DNA from: the human T2T-CHM13v2.0 reference genome, Homo sapiens
Reading direction: 5' to 3' (one strand)
DNA: 64,000 nt
NCBI RefSeq assembly: GCF_009914755.1
Contig: NC_060934.1
Shown: in pieces, positions 46,761-61,368 of the stretch
Numbering within the stretch: the first letter of the stretch is position 1
Layout: each line of letters begins with the position of its first letter
Made by a program: the position numbers and the translations under genes
Notes under the pieces: generated by a model
The model's database searches: none
Told to the model about the DNA's origin: nothing
Seen by the model: only the letters and a program-made list of their open reading frames with translations

Positions 46761-48799
46761 TAAAAGGAAAGGGTTGAGACCACTGCTTTGGGGAATTGGA
46801 TTCTCCCAAGTCCATAGCAGATGACTTAAAGGATCACTAGCTAGCCATGAGTGTCTGTAGGGATTGTGGGAAGCCAGGGTTTGTGACTTCCTCCAACAAC
46901 TTCCTGCTTCCTGGTGAAGTGTGGAGAGGGCAATAGGCAGCAAAGGGGACCCTCCTGTGAAGTCTCTCAAAGTGTGGTCTGAAGACCATGTCTGTCAGAG
47001 TCACCTGGCACTAACCAAAAATACAGATATCCGGGCTGCACCCTCGTAGGGGCGCAGGCATCTGTATCTCAATGAGCTCCGAAGTGAGTCTGACGCTTAG
47101 TAAAGTTTGATAATAATTGTCTGAGATGTGGCTAGAGAGCCAGGGTGCTGCGGAGTCAAGGGAAAGGTAGTGAGGGTGCTCATTCAAAATGCCTCCCGCT
47201 GTCCCAGTGGGGTGGGAGGCCTGGTCTTTGGCCCAGAATGCAGCTGCAGGCTGGGAGGAGAGAGGACCTTGCTTCGGGGCTCCTGAGTGTGGCTTCTCTC
47301 TGTAGCCTTGGTGTCTGGCACGTAAGAGGTGCTCAGGAGATATGGGTTGGATGAGGAAGTGGCTTAGTGAATGAATGGAATGAGTGAATGAGTGACTGAG
47401 GGGTGAAGGAATGATTAAGGGCTGTGAGGCCTGTGCAAGGGGCTCAGCAAGAGCTGCTAAGGCAGGACTGAGCCTCCAGGCTGATTTGGAGGAGGGAGAA
47501 GGTGAGGGGACTGCAGGCGCAGGGTGGGCTGCCCTCCCCCACGGGTGGTCATTCAGGCCCAAACTCTATTCTGGGGCCTGCCTGCTGTGTTTCCAGTCAG
47601 GAAGGAAGAAATTATTTTAAGGAGTGGCCAGAAATCTTTCTCACAGAAACGAGCCCAGACCTTTCAGTCCCCTAAGAGCATACGTAGTTATAGCTCTCCT
47701 TGCTTCAGGCCCACAGTGTCTAAAGGTGTGAAGCTCAGCCCGTCCATGGCACCCACTCTTCTTGTTCGAAGTGAGTAGAAGCTGGGCACCATACATCTAA
47801 AGGTGGTTTAGGCCATCTTGAACTCTGCCTGCGGTTAATGGAAGCTTCAGAAGAGGTGATTTTCGGGAGACGCTAGAGTCAATTCCGTTCTGAAACCTCC
47901 GTCTGCCTCCTTTGATCACTGAAGCTGACCTCACCCTTGGTGAGGCCATTCTTCCTTCATTACACTGTGGAGGGAACCATCCCCGTCTCCATCTCTGTGC
48001 TGAAAGCCTCGGCTGGATTTCCAGACAAAAGAGGAAGTGGTGCGGTCTACCCCGAGGAGCTTGGCACGCAGAGTGAGCCCTGGGATCTATTATCCTCCAG
48101 CACGCAGATTTGATGGGGAAAGAGAACAAAGTGTGGAACCGTCCAGAAACCACAGACCTGTAATCTTTCCAAATCCTGAAGGCGGCCTGTGTGCACCCTC
48201 TCTGCATGGCTCCCAACTCTCTAATTCTCAGAGAGGCCAGGAGCATCTGTTTCCCAGATCACAGCCAACATGGAAGGGAAGACAAATCTGTTCTGTTTGG
48301 TTTCCATAGATTCGACCCAGAGATTAACTGCCAAGGTCTCAATGACACACACAATATCAATCACAGGCTAAATGTCATAATGAGAGCTGGGCAGGCTGTC
48401 AAGAGAGGCCCCCAGGTTCCTGTTACAGCTTCATATTTAAAGATTTGGTCCCAGGAAATCAAATGCTGTCTCCGAGACGACTTGGCCTACATGCAATGGC
48501 AGCCTGTCTCCTCCTTAAAAGGTGACAAACTCAGGCTCCTTCAGGGAGGGGCCAGGCAGATAACATAGAGGAAGGAAGTAGGTTGGGTGTTAAAAAGTAA
48601 ACAAACAAAAACCTGGCTGTTGGCCTCAGGCAAGAGACATTAGGGAGTGGTGGGGAGTGTGGCACATCAGGGAGCATATGCCTCCATTAAGGGGGCAGCA
48701 GCTTGCTGTCCCATGTGGGAATGCAAGCCCAGATTTTCTGGTATTTTTATGATCCTCATAGATTGTTGTGAGAAATCTATTGATTTTTAAATGTAAGCC

Positions 48800-49305
48800 C
48801 CTGTAATCGATGCTATTCTTGCCCTGTTACAAGGATAGCATCTACTACAGGTGCCTACAGGTGCCTCCTCAGCTCAAGTCACTGCAGCAGAAGTGGACAG
48901 TTCTTTATATACATAAAAGCCTTCCTACCTCAGGTGCCTGTTTTCCTGCTTGAGGGCATTTTCTAGTCCTTGTGCTGGTCAGGCCTGCAGTATGTGGAGT
49001 TAACATCCCCCAGAAGTTGTCACCAATTAGAGGCAGGAGTTGGTGGATAAACATCCCCACTTCCTCAACCCTGAGTGGACCACTTTTGAAATATGTCCTG
49101 CACAGTCTCCTGGAGGCTGGCCCGTGTGTTGGAGCTCCAGTTGCCCAGAGTGGGACTCTGCTCGCTTACACATCCTTCACTGGTTCTCCTCCCTCTTGGG
49201 TGCTCTGCATGCCACACCGTGCTCCCGGGAGCACCTCTCAAATAAACAACATGCACCCAAACTCTAGTCTCAGAGTGTGCTTTTAAAGGAAACTAAACCA
49301 AGGTA
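48800..49305 (+). mobile_element. LTR16-like ERVL solo LTR
   Basis: ggagttggtggataaacatcccca...cacctctcaaataaacaacatgcacccaaactct...aaactaaaccaagg. Confidence 0.55.
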
Positions 49306-49579
49306 CAGCTAATTTAAAAACATTTAAAGGTGAAAGACACGGTATACATATATCAAAACATCACATCGTATCCCACAAATACAATTATTATTTGTCAATT
49401 AAAAATAAAAATGTAAGGAGAAAAGAAAAAACAAAGCTACCATGATAACAGAAGATGCAAGAGGCCGAGCAGTACTTGACCACTAAGGCCTGGAGTGCCA
49501 TTTCCTTCCATGAAAGTGACCTTGCCTTTGAAGAGCTATCAGCACAGGGACTCCTCATTAACTCAGACTCTAGTTCAGA

Positions 49580-50186
<607 letters not shown>

Positions 50187-50812
50187 TATTTCAGAATTTT
50201 CTATTGCAAGGCTTGCATTTAGTTAAAGGTTTCCTTTGCCCAAGTAGGAAAGGTTTTAATCTGAATTTGAAACTGTAATTTGACACCATTATTTTACTTT
50301 ATGCATAAAAAAACCCAAACAAGCAAAAAACTTTTTATAGTTTTTTTTTTTAACTAGGAAAAAAATACATCAAAATGTCAATACCATGGGTGACTTTTTC
50401 TTCTGTTTCCTAATTTGGGATTCTTTTAATAAATAGTGATATTTTATAATAAATAACCATGTGTATATTTTTAAACTGTGCTGGCCAAGCAGAACAGTCT
50501 TGGCAGGAAGCTGCTTGTGACTTCTATTTTGCGATTTCTACCCCATCTCACTTGCTCCTGGGGCCTGGCACTGTCACTGGCCCCAGCAATCACTGAAGAC
50601 CCTCAGATCTACATGTTCCATCCTCCCTGAGCTCCAGTGCCTTCTTTGACAAAAATGGAGCTAAAGCTAGAGGGGCAAAATGCTTTTTAAACAAACAAAC
50701 AAAAAAACAAAAAAATTTCAAGCTGAACTCTTTTGCTTGCTAAGGTGGCAGATGGGAGAAGCGGCCTGGAGAGATGCATAATTCATTTCAGTGGGAAAAT
50801 TAAAATCTCTAA

Positions 50813-51555
<743 letters not shown>

Positions 51556-52464
51556 ATTTGAGGGTCCCTTTGATGGGAAAAACATGAGTTCTGTGGCATG
51601 GCCCAGAAAGAGGTGGAGTGAAACAAAGAGAACTAAATTGTTCTGTACAATAAAGCAAGAGACTTTTGAGTTTCCTAGAACATTCTAGAAGGAGTATGAG
51701 GGGGCCCTGCGGCAGGACTGAGGAAAGGACCAACTGGGGCCAGAGACCACCAAGTGAGGAGTTTCTGGGGGAGGAATAGCCACGAGATTACTGAGAACGG
51801 GGGTTCCCAACCTTCAACTTGGCAGTGCCCCATAGCTGTGGCAGCCCTCTCATTGGGACCCTAACCCTTCAACAGAATTGTTACACACAACAGCCATGTT
51901 CTCGGTGACTCCAAGAAATCAAAGGGAAAGAGGCTGGCGCTGGCAGAGAGAGAAAGCAGAAGTTTGTGAAGCAGCAGATACAGAACCATCCCCTTCTTGT
52001 ACAAAAATAAATTTCCCCAAAATATTAACACTGGCTACATGCTCGTTTTAGGGTGACGAAATTATATGTGATTTTTGTTTTCTTTTTTTAAAGTAACCAT
52101 CTTTTCTAAATTTTCTGTGCTAGACATGTTTTACTTGAGCATATGGAGGGAAAAAAACAAAATTCCATGAAAGTTCTATTTTAGAAGTGTTCTGCACGGA
52201 GTAGAAGCTCACCCAAAACCCCCGGGCCGAGGCAGGAAGGTGGCCCTCAGGACAAGGTCTGACCCTGCTCCTTACATCTCTCCAGTGGCACCGAGTGCCT
52301 CCTGTCAAGTGGGAGCCCCCCGAAGGCAGCTCTGTGTCCTCCCCGAGGCTGCCCATGGCAGCAGTCAGGCCTCCGTGGTGTCAGAAGGTCATCCTAGCCG
52401 CCTGTGCCTCCTGAGAAAGCAGGAGGAATCTAGGTTTTGTGGATCTTGAAGCTTATTCAATTTC

Positions 52465-52788
52465 TTTTTTCTTTTTTTTCTTTTTCTTTTTTTTTTTTTT
52501 CTTTGAGACAGAGTCTTACTCTGTCGCTCAGGCTGGAGTGCAGTGGTGCAATCTCAGCTCACTGCAACCTCTGCCTCTTGGGTTCAAGCAATTCTCCTGC
52601 CTCAGCCTCTCCCAAGCAGACACGACTACAGGTGTGTGCCACCACACCTGGCTAATTTTTGTATTTTTAGTAGAGATGGGGTTTCATCATGTTGACCAGG
52701 CTGGTCTCGGACTCCTGATCTCAAGCAATCCTCCTGTCTCGGCCTTCCAGAGTGCTGGGATTACAGGCGTGAGCCACTGCACCCGGCC
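52465..52788 (-). mobile_element. AluS
   Basis: Reverse consensus. Confidence 0.9.
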
Positions 52789-53282
52789 TGAATTTCTTTA
52801 AGTAAAAGAAAACCAAACAGGTATAGGGCCTTGGAAGCGGCTGGTGCAAGTGCAGGGTTCTGAAGCTTGGGGTAAATCCACCTCGGAGTAGGGGGGATCT
52901 TCCTTCCCCTCTGACTTCAGATGAAGAGGGCAGCCCCCCTCCCCACCCCATCCCTTACAGTGTCAGAGCCAGCATCATTGATTCTGCTTAGCTTGGTCTT
53001 AGTCTAACTCAGCTGACATGGGGGTGCTCTGGCGGGTCACGAGAAGGAATGAGGAGTGGCATCGTTCCCTCCTTGACTTCCCCTCAGAAGTTAAGCCTGG
53101 CCCTGACTCCAAAGCTTTACCGTGTATGCCCCTGTGTAGGGTTGGGCTGGGCCAGGCCAGCATGGGAGGGGATCGGAAAGGGGTGTGCTGAGCTAAGCCA
53201 GGGAGGTCTCTGCCTTCTAGAGGTTTTTAGCTGAGTAGAACAATTTATAGTGTAAACATTTAAAAAATTCTCCTCTCCCTAG

Positions 53283-54074
<792 letters not shown>

Positions 54075-55288
54075 TCATGTTTCTAAAGCATGGAGCTCAT
54101 GGGGAAAGCTGGTCTGTGTTTAAGTGCCTGTGTACCACGTTTCTTCCATGACACCACCCAAGTTGGGCTTGGATATGCTTGGAAAGAAGGGGGAGAGTAA
54201 AAATGTTATTGTGGTTGGGTGAATTACTCTATTAGGAGAGTAATACCTACTGCTAGGGTACGTGGGGAGGGGCGGAATTTGGCAGCAGTGTCCATATGTA
54301 AATATGTACATATTTTTAACTTAGTACAAGTTAGTGCTTGTCTTTACGCATTTTAGATATACAAAAATGATCCCAACTAGGGAATGAAGTAAGTGGATTT
54401 TTTTTAAAAAGAAAACTTGGACGTAAAAACTCAGGAATTTTTTGTGGCCTATAATTTAATTCCTAATGTATCAGACATATTCCAAGTTTAACAGATTTTT
54501 TTTTTTCTTTTGGATTCTGGCAAGTATGTTAACAGGAGGCAATTATGTGAATTAATATAAAATCCTTTTATTAAAAAATACAGAAGAGCCTTCATTTTAA
54601 AAGTAATTTAATATTCCTTCTCTGATGGTGTTGATGTCATGAACTTGTTTGATTAACTCTTCAAATGGTTTCAAAGCGCTTGGGGTTGTAATTTATGAAC
54701 TTCTAATTGATTTCCCCAATCTTGGTTTGGCAGAGGAGGGCCTCCCGGAAGCCCTGAGGAGGCTGGAGGCCACACTCAGCTTCCTTCTCAGACAAGGGAG
54801 CCGGCCGGGATGGACTTTCTCGAGCGGCCAGGGGAGAGGGAGCTGTGGCACTGGAGACCCAGACCATGATGTCTGACCAGGCCCGTTGTGGTTCCTGAAT
54901 CCTAAGCAGCTGGGCCTTCACTCCCTCTGAAGATGTGTGGAAACACCACAGGCGGTTTCACAGGAACCATTTCCCACTGGGCCTCACCTCAGAACAAGCC
55001 TTCCTTGTTCGGGGAAGGGCAAGACTCCGCAGGTGCAGCCCTCACCATGGTCCTGCCGCTCCACCACTTCCTGTCCAGGCCACTTATTCGTCACTGGTCC
55101 TGTCTCAGATGCTACACAGAGGACGCTCTGGGCCTTGGGAAGGCAAGGGGCTAAGGCTGCCACCTCTTAAATCTGCCACCCACAAAAGCTCGCAGAGAAA
55201 TCAAGGCCTTGGCTGGACCCAGGGAAATGATTGTGTTGCTTTTATTGTGTGCCCAGTGATTATCTACTCTCAAAACCTTGTAGATAGT

Positions 55289-55650
55289 GGCTGGGCACGG
55301 TGGTTCACACCTGTAATCCCAGCATTGTGGGAGGCCAAGGCAGGCGGATCCCTTGAGGTGAGGAGTTTGAGACCAGTCTGGCCAACATGGTGAAACCCTG
55401 TCTCTACTAAAAATACAAAAAAAAAAAATGAGCTGGGCGTGGTGGTGTGTGCCTGTAATCCCAGCTACTAGGGAGGCTGAGGTATGAGAATCACTTGAAC
55501 CCAGGAGGTGGAGGTTGCTGTGAGCCGAGATCACGCCACTGCACTCCAGCCTGGGTGACAGAGTGAGACCTTGTCAAAAAAAAAAGAAAGAAAGAAGAAA
55601 GGAAGGAAGGAAGGAAGGAAGGAAGGAAGGAAGGAAGGAAGGAAAAGAAA
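55289..55650 (+). mobile_element. AluS whose tail has become a (GGAA)11 microsatellite
   Basis: Full consensus; GGAA repeats 55601-55644. Confidence 0.9.
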
Positions 55651-57172
55651 GAAACGTTCTAGATAGGGAATAACTGCCTCCACTTTACAGATGAAAAAAT
55701 GAGGGTCAGGGAGGTTAAGAAACAACACACCAAGCTAGTAAAGGGTGCAAATAGGACTCAACCCAACAGCCCCACATCCCAACCCACCACAATAGATACT
55801 TCACTATATTCTTGGTCACAAAGTATAAGCTCCTGAGGGCATGCCTGGGCCTCTCAATTCTGTATGCTTCCCTCCCTAGAGTGGAGCACAGAGTCATGTA
55901 AATTTGCAGCAAGCAGCTCTTATGGGCCTTGGAATCTCACTACCTGGGCTTCGGCTTCCTCATCTGTCAAATGGGGATAACTTGCACCTCACTGGTTGCT
56001 GAATTAAATGAGATAATGTAAGCCCTTGGCACATCCGCATGAGCTCAAAGAGGGTTTCAGGGAGCAGAGACAAGGAGGCGGCCTGGAGGGTGGGTGGGGA
56101 ATTCCCAGCTGTACTGGGAGTTGTGTTCCCAACCGAGAATAGGAAAGAGTGGGTGGAGCAGTTTGGCCGGGGCGGAGGTCTTGGTAGGGAAGCTGTGGCG
56201 GAGGAGATGGACTCATGTGAGCCTGAGCATTGTCCTGTGGGTGACAGGACCCATCGCCTCCTGCGTGACATGCAAGAGAGTAGGAGAAAGGACTCTCCCC
56301 AGCTAGTCAGCCTCTGGTCGCTGTGTCAGGCTGCTAGGAGATCTGACCCCCTCGTTACTGTGGAACGGGTAGGCCCAGAAACGTGAATGGTCACCAGAAG
56401 AGGAGATTAAAACACCATCTGCTCTGAAATCAGGCCGAAGAGGACAAACAGCTAACTCCTGGCCCAGGAACCTGGAGTGGCTGTTTCCAGGCCGGGCCTC
56501 CCTGAGAGAGGGGCCCTGGTTGGAGTTTAGGGGTTGAGAGGAGTAGGAGAGTGAGATGCCACCAGGCCTCTACCCCAATGAGAGGCACCAGAGCAAAGGG
56601 GCTACACCCCGAAACTCTGAGGCACGCTGGGTTCTGGCCTCTGCCCCTGTTTAGGCTGCATGACCTTGGGCAGAACACTTAGTATTTGTGTCTCCGTGTC
56701 CAATCTGAAATGGGGCTGTGCTGTCCATCCCTCATTAAGCTGCTGCAATTCTGAGAAATAAATGATTCCTGCTTGTCAGGAAAGCTCTTGGAACAGTGCC
56801 AGACACATAGCACAGGAAACACCGCCAGGCCTCGGGGCCGCAGTGTCTGGGGAAGGCTTGGTGGAGGCTGCTCACCCCCACCCTGGTGGACTCAACTGGG
56901 CCTCCCTGGGGCTGCTGGAAGATGCTCACAGCCCAGCCCCTGGCCTCAGGGCCTCCCCTAAGCCCCTCATCTACTGTGGGGTCAACAACAGCCACGGGAG
57001 TGCCACCCGCAGACAGGACCAGGTTCCCACCCAACCCAGGTGTCAGCCATGACTGAAATGTCCCCAGTAAGGGCTCCAGTTTGTCTGATGGCAGAGGACC
57101 ACTGGCTCTCTCCTCACCCTCAGCGCAGATCTGCCTTTGCCCATGAAGATCCTTCAGAGCCAAGTGAGATCC

Positions 57173-57948
57173 TGATACCGGAGGAGGGCCAGGAAGTGCT
57201 GGGTAGAGAAAGGCAGGTCCCTGGCCAGGGCTCCACCTCCACAGACCCAGGTGAGGACAGGCACTCCTGCCTTCGCACCCAAATGTTATATTTTCCAAGA
57301 CCACCCTGGCCCGCCACACCCCAATCCTGTGCCTATAAAAACCTGAGACACACAACCGGCTGGACGTACTGAGGAACACATAGGCAGAAGACACAAGCGG
57401 CTGGTTGTCAAAAGCGCGCCGGCAGAAGATCACGCCGACAGGCACTGGCAGGCCTGCAGGCCATTGACAAGCGGAATGATGCGGAGTTTGGCCAGAGCGG
57501 TTGGAGGAGAAGAGTCGGCTGCTGAGTGGCCCAACTCCAGGGAAAAACTGTCTCCCTTCTGGCTCCCCCATCTGCTGAGAGCTACTTCTACTCAATAAAA
57601 CCTTGCACTCTTCTCCAAGCCCACATGTGATCTGATTCTTCCCCTACACCAAGGCAAGAAACCCCAGGATACAGAAATCCCTCTGTCCTTGTGATAAGGA
57701 AGGAGGTCTAATTGAGCCAGTTAACACAAGCCGCCTATAGACAGCAAACTAAAAGAGCACCCTGTAACACACACCCACTGGGGCTTCAGCTGTAAACATT
57801 CACCCCTAGACACTGCCATGGGGTCAGAGCCCCACAGCCTGCCCGTCTGTATGCTCCTCTAGAGGTCTGAGCAGCTGGGTACTGAACAAGCGAGCCACAC
57901 CCCCGTCGCATGCCCTGTGAGAGGGACAAAGGAACCTTTCCTGTTTCA
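57173..57948 (+). mobile_element. ERV1 solo LTR, LTR1-like family
   Basis: TG...CA termini, 776 bp, flanks ATCC/CTCC (4-bp TSD, 1 mismatch), TATAAAA at 57334, AATAAA at 57594; ggaagtgctgggtagag and ccaagaccaccctggcccgcca are LTR1-type text. Confidence 0.75.
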
Positions 57949-58366
57949 CTCCCACTAACTCTCCTCAGACCCACCCCATGTCCACCCCAGCCTCCATGCC
58001 CAACGCGCCTTCCTTGTTAAGAACTCAGCTCAGAAGCCCTTCAAGTGTTGTTTATTAATGTCAGAGTCCTCGGATTTGTCGGTGGGACCAAATGATATTC
58101 TCATGATGAGAACAAGGAGGGATCACAAGCTAAAGGTGGGGGCAGCGGAAAAAACATCCAGGGCCAGGGACCCTCAGGTGCTGGCGGCCGTGAGTGTGGC
58201 AACCTCTCCAGACATCCTCCTCGTGCCCTTCCTCCTGCTCGCTGGAGCATTTTCCACTTTCCCGAACGATCAGAGCCCCCGGGCCCAACTGTTCTTGGGT
58301 TCCAGGCCCATGAAGGGACCCCTGGGGTCACAGCACAAGGGCACCAGGGTCTAATGGGAGAGCCCT

Positions 58367-58444
58367 GGTCTGAGACGCAGGCCCGTCCCACTTCCTGCCC
58401 ACACAGGTCTGAGACACAGGCCCATCCCGCCTCCTGCCCACACG
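58367..58444. repeat. 39-bp tandem duplication (2 copies)
   Basis: ggtctgagacRcaggcccRtcccRcYtcctgcccacac x2. Confidence 0.85.
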
Positions 58445-59072
58445 CGGTACAGCCTACACTCTTGGTCCAGTGGCTCTGATCCTTCATGACCCAGTCCCAC
58501 CCCCCATCTCTACCACGGCAGCGTCATCCCCAACCCCATCCTCCCACCAGGACTGAGAAATGCTCCCAAACCCGCCACTCTGTCCAAATGACGCTTTTGT
58601 GTTACCTGGGACACAGGGAGAATTCTCATCCCTGGAGCTTTAAGTACTTTCTTGTCTTTGATGCTGCCCTACACAGGATCCGAGTCACTCCAGGGCCTCT
58701 CTCTCTCTCGCCCCCGAGATTTCTCCCCCTTTACTGGCTAAATGGACAAACGTAGAACCTCGTTGGAATGTGGAATATGATACAATACATCCAATGCTTC
58801 ACAAGGGCTCGATGAGCTTTAATCCACCCCATTATCCTTTAGAAATGGTCGTTGAACTGGAAGTTCAGATTTGGAGAAAGGGAAATGGAGAAAATTCCAT
58901 GGTGTCTCTCGTAAAAGGACAGCAAGAAACCTTTCACACTAGAAGGAGGTCGGCTATTCCCCACAGCACCAGGAACAGGGTGGAAAAGGGGCTTCTAATC
59001 CCCACACCCAGGCCCCCAAAGAACACGTGGGTGAACCCAAGGGGTGCCGGCCTCCCCACCCAGCGGCCTTAC

Positions 59073-59150
59073 CTGGGTGTGCCGGGGCCTGGCCGCGTCG
59101 GGAGGTTCTGGTCCGTGGGGCATGTAGCAGCCGCACGCCCAGCCACCCCG
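59073..59150 (-). other. DUSP29: Probable DUSP29 non-coding first exon (5' end approximate)
   Basis: Strong donor CAG|gtaagg at 59073/59072 in a CpG-rich patch directly downstream of a MEF2/TATA-like element; the first coding exon has an acceptor that needs an upstream exon. Confidence 0.65.
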
Positions 59151-59159
59151 ACTGGCAAC

Positions 59160-59240
59160 AGAGGCCTATTTTTAGGGTCAGATCTGCTGACGCTGACCTT
59201 GCGTGCCGTCCAGTCTAAGAGGAGACCTATGACATCTGCT
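59160..59240 (-). promoter_or_regulatory. Probable muscle-type DUSP29 core/proximal promoter
   Basis: CTAAAAATAG (MEF2) 59166-59175, TGACG 59188, CAAGGTCA (ERR-type) 59194-59201, TGACA 59230 overlapping E-box CATCTG 59233. Confidence 0.6.
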
Positions 59241-59732
59241 TGCAAAATGATTTTCCAGTGCGACCTGAAACCCTTGACTTAGGAAGCCCTGTACCTGAAG
59301 CCTACACGCTTGTCCCCGGCCCAGCCACAGAGGCAGGACATGTGGCCACCAGGGCAGGGACAGACAGGAATTTTCCAACTTTGTTTTCCTGGGATGGACG
59401 AAGCCAGGTGTCTACAGGCCCTGCCCTGAGCCCTGTCCCAGAACAGCTAGAACAGGGGAGGTTTGCCCACTGGCACAGCTCTCTATTCCAGTCTTTTCTG
59501 AGAGTTTGTGGAGCTATCTCTGGGAGGCCAATGGAATGGATGCCACATCACACAGGGTAATCAATGAAACTCTGGGCAGAGTTTGTGCTGTGTGGCTTCC
59601 AGTGAGACCCCAGCAAGCACCCAACCATGCTGGGCTTCAGTGGGGATAATGATCATAATATCCTCCTCTTACATTGCTATGAGGACTGAATGAGATAAAG
59701 AATTTGGTGGTATTAGAATATTTAACAGTCTC

Positions 59733-59797
59733 CAGTGAGCCAAGATTGTGCCACTGCACTCCAGCCTGGGTGACAAAGCAAGACCCTGTCTCAAAAA

Positions 59798-59848
<51 letters not shown>
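59733..59848 (+). repeat. Alu 3' stub with A23 followed by about (AT)17
   Basis: cagtgagccaagattgtgccactgcactccagcc...poly-A then alternating AT. Confidence 0.88.
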
Positions 59849-59851
<3 letters not shown>

Positions 59852-61263
59852 ACGTTAACAGTCATTAACAGTCGTTCCCAGGTCTCTCTTCTTGGCCCTT
59901 TCTTCTGTCAACCTTCCTCCTCAATGGCTCCAGAGTTCTTTGCTCTGGGATCCCTCCCACCAAGCCCTACCAATGTAGCCCCGCTTTTTAATACTTACGG
60001 GCAAAATCCTGCCCAGTCTCCTCTAATTTTCTAGTAAAATCTTCCCAGGGCTTGCTACAGTTCCTTATAATGAATGACGTGGTTCTCCATTCGTATCCAT
60101 CCTTGTCATCCTCTCTGGGGCATGCTTTAGTGTGTGAAGGACTGGGAGAAGTAGGGAAGGAAGCACCAGGCTCCCACATCTTTCACTTAACACAATCTTC
60201 TTGCATTGGGGTCATTATATTGTCCTCTGAAACTTTATTCACCCAACCAAAGATCTTCCTCACAATTTGCTACATTAGCTACTGCCAGTTTAATTTATAG
60301 CAATTATTTCTACTAGTACTATTCATTGCTAAGTGACTTAGCTTTTATTGATTTCTTGGTGTGAGGAAAATTCCCAAGGCAAATACACAGAATCTGAGTG
60401 TACAATGAAGTCAGAATGTCAGAGTCCAAATGTCCCTGCTGTCAAGTGCTGGAGTCAAAACAGCAAGGTCGAAAGGCCCTTCTGCACTTACCCCAAGAAC
60501 TAAGGGAGTCAGAGATGCTGGAATTGCCAAAGATAGAGAAGAAAGATTTCTCCTTAGCTGAAAGCCTGGGGGGCAGCCCCAGCCCCAGTCAAGGGCTGAG
60601 GAAGCAAAAGGGAGCTCTGAAGATGCAGCTTCAGCAGGGAGCAAACATAACATATCTAAAGACCTCTGAGCTAGCTAGATGACTGAGAGAGGGAGAGAGA
60701 GAGTATTTCACACCATCTAGGAAATGTTCAATGACTTAATTTACAGGAAGTCAAGAGGAGAATTTGGTGGGTTGTTGGATTATCACCTCCAGTAAAGTAG
60801 ACCCTACATGTGGTTAACCAGAAGACTGATGGCCCCTCCTCTAATCCTTCACACATTAAATAGGCCCAAAAGAGGGTGACAAGGATAGAGAAGGGTTAAA
60901 AAAAAAACAACCATCATTTACTATGGGGAACTGAAGGAAGCCCTGGGAAGGTTTTCTTAGAAAAGAGTGGTGGTGGTGGTAGAGGATACCTGGTCTGTCT
61001 TCGAGGAGCTAAGGGGAAACACCAACATTCTCTGCACAACACTAAGGGCAGAACCTGGACCTTGGGAGACAACCCAAGAGCTGCCTCATGTAGATGAAGG
61101 AAACACACCATCCCATCAAGATGGGAGCGAGCCAGGTAAGCATCAGTTGGACTGAGAGATGTGTCCAATTGTTCCCAACTCCAAGGAGATTTCCTAGGAT
61201 TCTGTGAAAAAGCAAGCTCCATTCATGCAGGTCAAGTATAATCCTGTAGAAACAACTGTTACT

Positions 61264-61368
61264 GGCTGGGCGCAGTGGCTCACACCTGTAATCCCAGCAC
61301 TTTGGGAGGCCGAGGCGGGCAGATCACTTGATGTCAAGAGTTCAAAACCAGCGGCCAACAGGGGAAAC
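61264..61368 (+). mobile_element. Alu left-arm fragment
   Basis: Consensus start through ggccaacaggggaaac. Confidence 0.85.

Noticed and set aside
47011-47562. 183-aa minus-strand ORF
   Set aside because: Low-complexity GC-rich intron overlapping MER5/L2-like remnants and (TGAA)n; no splice or domain support
56735-57595. 286-aa minus-strand ORF
   Set aside because: Half lies in the antisense strand of the ERV1 LTR; non-ATG start, no recognisable domain
58770-59282. 170-aa plus-strand ORF across the DUSP29 promoter
   Set aside because: GTG start, no homology recognised; explained by high GC content
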